Source: Chitinophagaceae bacterium (GTDB lineage: Bacteria > Bacteroidota > Bacteroidia > Chitinophagales > Chitinophagaceae). Taken from it: a stretch of 63,887 nucleotides of DNA. Location: the NCBI GenBank assembly GCA_031371915.1, contig JANMKG010000420.1:1-63887 (forward strand), written 5' to 3'. A program made the translations under genes and the position numbers. Of the stretch, positions 59,127 to 63,887 are shown piece after piece. The notes beneath the pieces were generated by a model. The model did not search any database. It worked only from the letters and a program-made list of their open reading frames with translations, and was not told the origin of the DNA. Positions within the stretch are counted from its first letter, which is position 1; each line of letters opens with the position of its first letter.

Positions 59127-60376
59127 TTTTGCTTCGCTTTTCTCTTCTTTTTGGTTTTTAAGAAATCGATAAATGCCCTGTAAGGCAAGGGAGAGAAAAT
59201 AAAAACTTTTTCCGGGTAGTCGGGAAGATAGCGGAGCGGAACAAAATCCGCGATGACGACGGAATAAAAATAGATCCTGTGTTCGGTCAGTACATCAGCA
59301 TCCTCGTCCGCCACTTCATGGATATTTTTGAATTTGCGGAAAAAAAAACTCATTTGATCTTTTTCCGTTTCTGAAAGATTGCCATTCACCTCCACTTCCT
59401 TAATGTTTCCAGAGTCGTTTGTAGTAAATATAACTTCACCTCCGTATATCTTATTGGGCTCATTGAATTTTTTTATGATAGGTGACCTGTTCAATGAAGT
59501 GAGCACACCCATCATGGACCCGAAATAGGAACTGTCTTTTACATCATAGGAAGAGGTTTTTCCTGTATAGAAATATTCGATGAGGTCATCGTTATTATAC
59601 CGGTTGGGGAAACTAACGGGGTCCTTCAGAAATAATTCTGTGCTGGGCAGTTTATCAAAACCCCATATACTGACATGATCGGGCATTTCCTTGTAGGTGG
59701 CAGTAATGCCGGGTGTTGGGTAGGCGGTATAAACAGTCCCTTTTTTCAACACTCCTTTTTCGTACACTTCTTTTACAAATAATACTTCTTTTCCCAACGC
59801 CCGGTGTACCGCATAAAAGTTCCAGGTTCCATTTTTCTTTCCTTCCAGTACCTTTCCTTCCAGCCGGAAAACACTTTCTATATTCCTGTATTGCACAAAA
59901 GCCTGGAACTTACCCGTACCATTCGAAGCGGTCATTACACCTGCGGAGTCAAATGCTTCCAGTACAGAAAAATTGCTGGGATTTCCTGCGAGATCGATTT
60001 TTAACTGGGGTCTCCCATCCGGGTAGAAATATTCCCAGAGACCATCCATTTGATTACCTGTATACTGGCCAATCGCATAGGGTTTGCCATTGGGATGGTA
60101 AAATGAAAAAGACCCCTCCTTCATTCCAAAAGGAGCATAATTGCCTTCCATCTGCAGGGTGTCGTTCATATAATAATCCTGGACTTTCCCTACATAAAAA
60201 AGAAGTGAATCGGTATGGATTTTGGCAACTCGGTAATAGCTGGCAAAGGGTTTTTCGCAGAGCCGCCAGCTTTTGTTAAAATAAACCGTGTCAATTCCCT
60301 GGGCAATACAACTTGTACACGTAAAACAAAAGATCGCGACAAAGAAAGCGACAAGTATGCTTCTTTGGTATTTCAT
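59123..60376 (-). CDS. Secreted MORN-like repeat (YwqK-like) protein
   Basis: Signal peptide; repeats such as G.F.FYHPNGK and GLWEYFYPDG. Confidence 0.75.
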   Translation of the reverse strand: MKYQRSILVAFFVAIFCFTCTSCIAQGIDTVYFNKSWRLCEKPFASYYRVAKIHTDSLLFYVGKVQDYYMNDTLQMEGNYAPFGMKEGSFSFYHPNGKPYAIGQYTGNQMDGLWEYFYPDGRPQLKIDLAGNPSNFSVLEAFDSAGVMTASNGTGKFQAFVQYRNIESVFRLEGKVLEGKKNGTWNFYAVHRALGKEVLFVKEVYEKGVLKKGTVYTAYPTPGITATYKEMPDHVSIWGFDKLPSTELFLKDPVSFPNRYNNDDLIEYFYTGKTSSYDVKDSSYFGSMMGVLTSLNRSPIIKKFNEPNKIYGGEVIFTTNDSGNIKEVEVNGNLSETEKDQMSFFFRKFKNIHEVADEDADVLTEHRIYFYSVVIADFVPLRYLPDYPEKVFIFSPLPYRAFIDFLKTKKKRKAKQK

Positions 60377-60400
60377 GTGTGCCTGGTACTTCTAAAATAG

Positions 60401-60433
60401 AAAATCCCACCCGCATTACAGGAGGGATTTTTT
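60401..60433. terminator. Probable terminator after the dipeptidase gene
   Basis: AAAATCCC-N15-GGGATTTT with flanking A and T tracts. Confidence 0.5.
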
Positions 60434-60448
60434 ATTGGAATAAAAAAA

Positions 60449-61816
60449 TCATCCTTCAGCAAAAAACTTATGGAAAAATGGTATCGTTTCAATTCCTTTA
60501 TAATAGTTCTCGATATTATATTTTTCATTTGGGCTGTGAAGATTGTCATTGTCTAATCCAAAACCCATAAAGATGATTTTAATCCCCAATTCTTTTTCAA
60601 GGATGGAACAAATTGGGATACTGCCACCGCCCCGAACCGGGATTGGCGTTTTCCCAAAAGTTGTTTCTACGGCTTTTGCCGCAGCTTTATAGCCTTTACT
60701 GTCGATCGGTGTCATATAGGGCTCGCCGCCATGATGTTCAAATGCATTCACCGTAACTGATTTCGGCGCGATAGACCTGAAATAGTTCAGCAAGATCTCC
60801 GTCATTTTATGAGAAGACTGGTTGGGAACGAGTCTCGCGGAGATTTTTGCAGAAGCTTTGGAGGGCAAAACTGTTTTGGAGCCCTGGCCCTGGTAACCAC
60901 CCCAGATACCATTTACTTCAATGGTCGGTCGAATACCTGTTCTTTCATAGGTCGAGTATCCTTTTTCTCCCCATAATTCTTTTACACCAAGATCGTCCAT
61001 ATATTCTTTTTCATCATAAGGAGCTTTATTGATCAAGGCTCTTTCTTCCGGTCCGGCTACTACTACATCATCATAAAAACCCGGGATCGTAATATGGTTA
61101 TTTTTATCATGACAGGAAGCGATCATTTGCGCAAGGATCGTGATGGGGTTCGCTACGGCACCACCATAAGTTCCACTGTGCAGGTCACGATTAGCACCGG
61201 TTACTTCTAATTCGATATAACTCAGCCCGCGGACACCCGTATCCAGCGAAGGATTCTCCATGCTCAGCATCGAACTGTCACTGATCAGGATCACATCAGC
61301 TTTCAGTAAACTTTTATTAGCCGCCACGAATTTTCCCAGGTTGGGAGAACCTACTTCCTCTTCGCCTTCGATTAAAAATTTGATATTGGTCGTCATCGTG
61401 TTGGTCTTAACCAGCGTTTCCAATGCTTTTACATGCATATAGAACTGACCCTTATCATCGGCGGAACCTCGGGCAAATATTTTTCCATCTATGATTGTGG
61501 GTTCGAAAGGAGGATTGGTCCAGAGCTCCAGTGGCTCAGCTGGCTGCACATCATAATGCCCATACACCAATACCGTTGGTTTAGCGGGATCAACGATCTT
61601 TTCACCATACACAGCTGGATGACCATCGGTGGCCATCACTTCGGCTTTATCGCAACCAGCATCGAGCAAACTCTTCTTCACCGCTTCCGCGCATTTTTGC
61701 ATATCAGGTTTGTGTTCACTTTTAGCGCTCACGGAGGGAATGCGGAGCAGGTCAAGCATCTCATTGAGAAAACGATCCTTGTTCTTTTCCTGGTAGTCTT
61801 TCCAAACTTGTGACAT
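60449..61816 (-). CDS. M20 family dipeptidase
   Basis: YGHYDVQP, ARGSADDKGQ, EGEEEVGS, DLHSG, LHSPNE. Confidence 0.95.
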   Translation of the reverse strand: MSQVWKDYQEKNKDRFLNEMLDLLRIPSVSAKSEHKPDMQKCAEAVKKSLLDAGCDKAEVMATDGHPAVYGEKIVDPAKPTVLVYGHYDVQPAEPLELWTNPPFEPTIIDGKIFARGSADDKGQFYMHVKALETLVKTNTMTTNIKFLIEGEEEVGSPNLGKFVAANKSLLKADVILISDSSMLSMENPSLDTGVRGLSYIELEVTGANRDLHSGTYGGAVANPITILAQMIASCHDKNNHITIPGFYDDVVVAGPEERALINKAPYDEKEYMDDLGVKELWGEKGYSTYERTGIRPTIEVNGIWGGYQGQGSKTVLPSKASAKISARLVPNQSSHKMTEILLNYFRSIAPKSVTVNAFEHHGGEPYMTPIDSKGYKAAAKAVETTFGKTPIPVRGGGSIPICSILEKELGIKIIFMGFGLDNDNLHSPNEKYNIENYYKGIETIPFFHKFFAEG

Positions 61817-61852
61817 ATGGCGTTATTTTTAGGATAACGAAGATAAGAAAGC

Positions 61853-61887
61853 TGTTTATTGTTTGTGGTTTATAGTTTATGGTTCTT
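61853..61887. repeat. Heptamer array (NGTTTAT), 5 units
   Basis: TGTTTAT TGTTTGT GGTTTAT AGTTTAT GGTTCTT. Confidence 0.7.
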
Positions 61888-62009
61888 CAGATCGGGCAGT
61901 CTTTTAATATTACCGGTAGTTATGTGGCCGGCGGGCCCCAAAGTCATAAGGCAGGATTGCTGCAACTTTTTACCAGAACTTCCTATCTTAAAGATAAAAT
62001 TATCCCGCC

Positions 62010-62471
62010 ATGAAGAAGATACTGCTTTCTTTCTTCACTTTCCTTTGTTCGCTTTGCCTGCACGCACAGCTTGATTACGATAGTGTAACCATAAGCCGGT
62101 TTATAGAAAGGAAACCATCGTCTGGGCCGGGATGGGACAAGATCACGCACGCGGGCTACCCGGCAGACATTGTGGGTGAACGCACGATCTGGGTAAATCC
62201 TGGCAAAGCAGACAGCCTGCCATATATTTTTTCATTAGCGGCCCGCATCAGGGAGAACGGCACAAAATCACTTGCCCGTTGCTTTATACCCAGGCACAGT
62301 ATCAATTATTACCGATCGGGCAAAATCGCCCTCTACCTCCTGGTATGTTTTGAATGTAATGGCATGGAGTTTAGTGATACACCCCGTCAAGACAACGGGC
62401 TCCTGGTAAGCAGGGATGTTCGCATGCTTCAAATAGAAGAATTGAAAATTTTATTTAAAGACTATTTGTAG
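62010..62471 (+). CDS. Secreted hypothetical protein
   Basis: Signal peptide ending LHA-Q; CFIPRH and VCFEC motifs. Confidence 0.75.
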   Translation: MKKILLSFFTFLCSLCLHAQLDYDSVTISRFIERKPSSGPGWDKITHAGYPADIVGERTIWVNPGKADSLPYIFSLAARIRENGTKSLARCFIPRHSINYYRSGKIALYLLVCFECNGMEFSDTPRQDNGLLVSRDVRMLQIEELKILFKDYL

Positions 62472-62597
62472 TTTTTTGTTTATGGTTCTTACAGCAGTAA
62501 GTTTCCTTATCTTTTCAGTCTGCCTGGTTTTCGGGCAACAAGAAAATTTTCAAATATGAACGACCCAACAATAAACTAAAAACAATAAACCATAAAC
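62470..62597. repeat. Heptamer arrays in inverted orientation between convergent genes
   Basis: AGTTTTT TGTTTAT GGTTCTT (62470-62490) and AACAATA AACTAAA AACAATA AACCATA AAC (62567-62597). Confidence 0.7.
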
Positions 62598-63803
62598 TTA
62601 TTCCGCATTCTTCTTCTTGTTATGGCGGGTCGTATTAAAACTGGATCCCTCTTTTGAATCGGAATTCACGGCTTTCTTCACCAATTGCGCACCAAACCTG
62701 TCTTTAATATCGTCCACCGCTTTGTAGAGATTCAGTTTCTCTGCATTGTTCTCAAATAAACTCATCTGCATCGTCATCGGGATGAACTGGCTGAAACGAA
62801 CACCGAGTAACCGCACTGCCCTTCCTTTCTGCCAGGATTTATTAAAGAGGTCTTTTACTTTAGCAATCAGCACATCATCCAGCGCCGTATAATCAACAGT
62901 TTCTTGTCTTGAAGTGGTCTCGAAATCGGAGTAACGGATCTTCACGGTAACACAGCCGGTCAGTTTTTCATCTTCACGTAATGAATAAGCGGTTTTTTCG
63001 GTGAGTCTTACCAGCTCTTTATGGAGAAAGCTGATATCTGTATAGTCGGTGTCAAAAGTATTCTCATGACTCATGCTTTTCTGTTCCCAGTCCGTAAAGA
63101 TCTCTGCTGTTCCCCTGCCGTGCGCTTTATGCCAGAGTGCTTCTCCCCATTTACCAGCATAGCGTCCCATCAGTTCGATGGGTGTTTTGGCAATATCCTC
63201 GATGGTATAGATCCCAAAGCTTTTGAGCTGCTGTTCGGTTTGTTTACCGACGCCATTTATCTTTTCAATTCCCAACGGCCAGAGAAAATCTGTTTCTCTT
63301 CCATGAGGAATCTCTAAAAAACCATTGGGCTTGGCTTCATTGGTCGCCATCTTGGCGATAAATCTTGCTGAGGCCAGTCCGCAGGAAATAGGGAGCCCTG
63401 TTTCATGGGTAATAAGGGATCGCAGGTCTTTGGCATACTGACTTACCCCGAAAAATTTGTCCATACCTGTGAGGTCGATATAGAATTCGTCGATACTGGC
63501 TTTTTCAAACAGCGGTACTTTGGAAGCAATGATCTCGGTTACCCATCTCGAGTATTTACTGTAATCCCCCCTGCTGCTGCTGGTAACAATGGCCTGGGGG
63601 CAAAGTTGCAGGGCCTTTTTCATCGGCATGGCGGAATGGATACCAAATTTCCGGGCCTCGTAACTGCAGGCGGCTACCACTCCCCGTTCATAACCACCTA
63701 CCAGTACAGGCTTACCTTTTAGTGAGGGATTATTAATGATCTCCACCGAAACGAAGAAGGAGTCGAGGTCGAAATGGGCGATATGTTTCCGGAGTTCAGA
63801 CAA
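62598..63803 (-). CDS. dinB: DNA polymerase IV
   Basis: HFDLDSFFVSVE, CSYEARKFG, SIDEFYID, AKMA...AKPNG, clamp-binding motif QMSLF. TTG start at 63803 or 63812; the latter overlaps a TACCTTTG -7 box. Confidence 0.95.
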   Translation of the reverse strand: MSELRKHIAHFDLDSFFVSVEIINNPSLKGKPVLVGGYERGVVAACSYEARKFGIHSAMPMKKALQLCPQAIVTSSSRGDYSKYSRWVTEIIASKVPLFEKASIDEFYIDLTGMDKFFGVSQYAKDLRSLITHETGLPISCGLASARFIAKMATNEAKPNGFLEIPHGRETDFLWPLGIEKINGVGKQTEQQLKSFGIYTIEDIAKTPIELMGRYAGKWGEALWHKAHGRGTAEIFTDWEQKSMSHENTFDTDYTDISFLHKELVRLTEKTAYSLREDEKLTGCVTVKIRYSDFETTSRQETVDYTALDDVLIAKVKDLFNKSWQKGRAVRLLGVRFSQFIPMTMQMSLFENNAEKLNLYKAVDDIKDRFGAQLVKKAVNSDSKEGSSFNTTRHNKKKNAE

Positions 63804-63820
63804 AGCATACAAAGGTACTA

Positions 63821-63859
63821 TAAGTCCGGAAGCCGGAAAGACCGGAAGTCCGGAAGACC
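63821..63859. repeat. Octamer tandem repeat (AAGWCCGG)
   Basis: AAGTCCGG AAGCCGGA AAGACCGG AAGTCCGG AAGACC. Confidence 0.7.
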
Positions 63860-63887
63860 AGCTAGTTACCGGGATATTTCTTCAGAC

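Noticed and set aside
59123-60376. Toxin-antitoxin system (YwqK label)
   Set aside because: Secreted repeat protein with no adjacent toxin gene; the label would reflect only the repeats.
16490-63859. CRISPR array
   Set aside because: Repeats are 7-10 nt tandem units without unique spacers, and there are no cas genes.

Overview
Bacteroidota DNA, probably Chitinophagaceae-like (inferred from TAnnTTTG promoters, a T9SS tail and a lipoprotein clade II NosZ). From left to right: (1) 1-16.5 kb, a head-to-tail array of at least six sensor histidine kinases with unrelated sensor modules but near-identical kinase cores, followed by a stand-alone receiver, a receiver-adenylate cyclase and an HD-YitT fusion; (2) a LiaF-like/DUF4288/LytS/LytTR operon, adenine deaminase, a BNR-repeat glycosidase-like protein, a desaturase, DUF4331-TPR, GH109 and trmD; (3) 33.5-57.4 kb, a low-oxygen/N2O respiration block (B-family heme-copper oxidase, clade II nos operon, Rrf2, Ric, P-type ATPase, USP, FixL-like PAS kinase plus REC-Crp regulator, Hsp20, hemerythrin); (4) hslR, a duplication scar, an M20 dipeptidase and dinB. 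Most notable: nine promoters in block 3 share TGA-N6-TCA boxes at about 30 and 52 bp from the -7 element, a candidate regulon of the PAS kinase/REC-Crp pair; a GC-rich palindromic repeat family sits inside coding sequences (five kinases and ade) and frameshifts one kinase; several intergenic 7-, 8- and 9/10-mer repeat families occur; and a chimeric hslR'/dipeptidase' scar marks tandem cargo-gene accretion. No rRNA, tRNA, CRISPR array, transposase or integrase was seen. Family calls come from motif recognition by eye, not from database searches.
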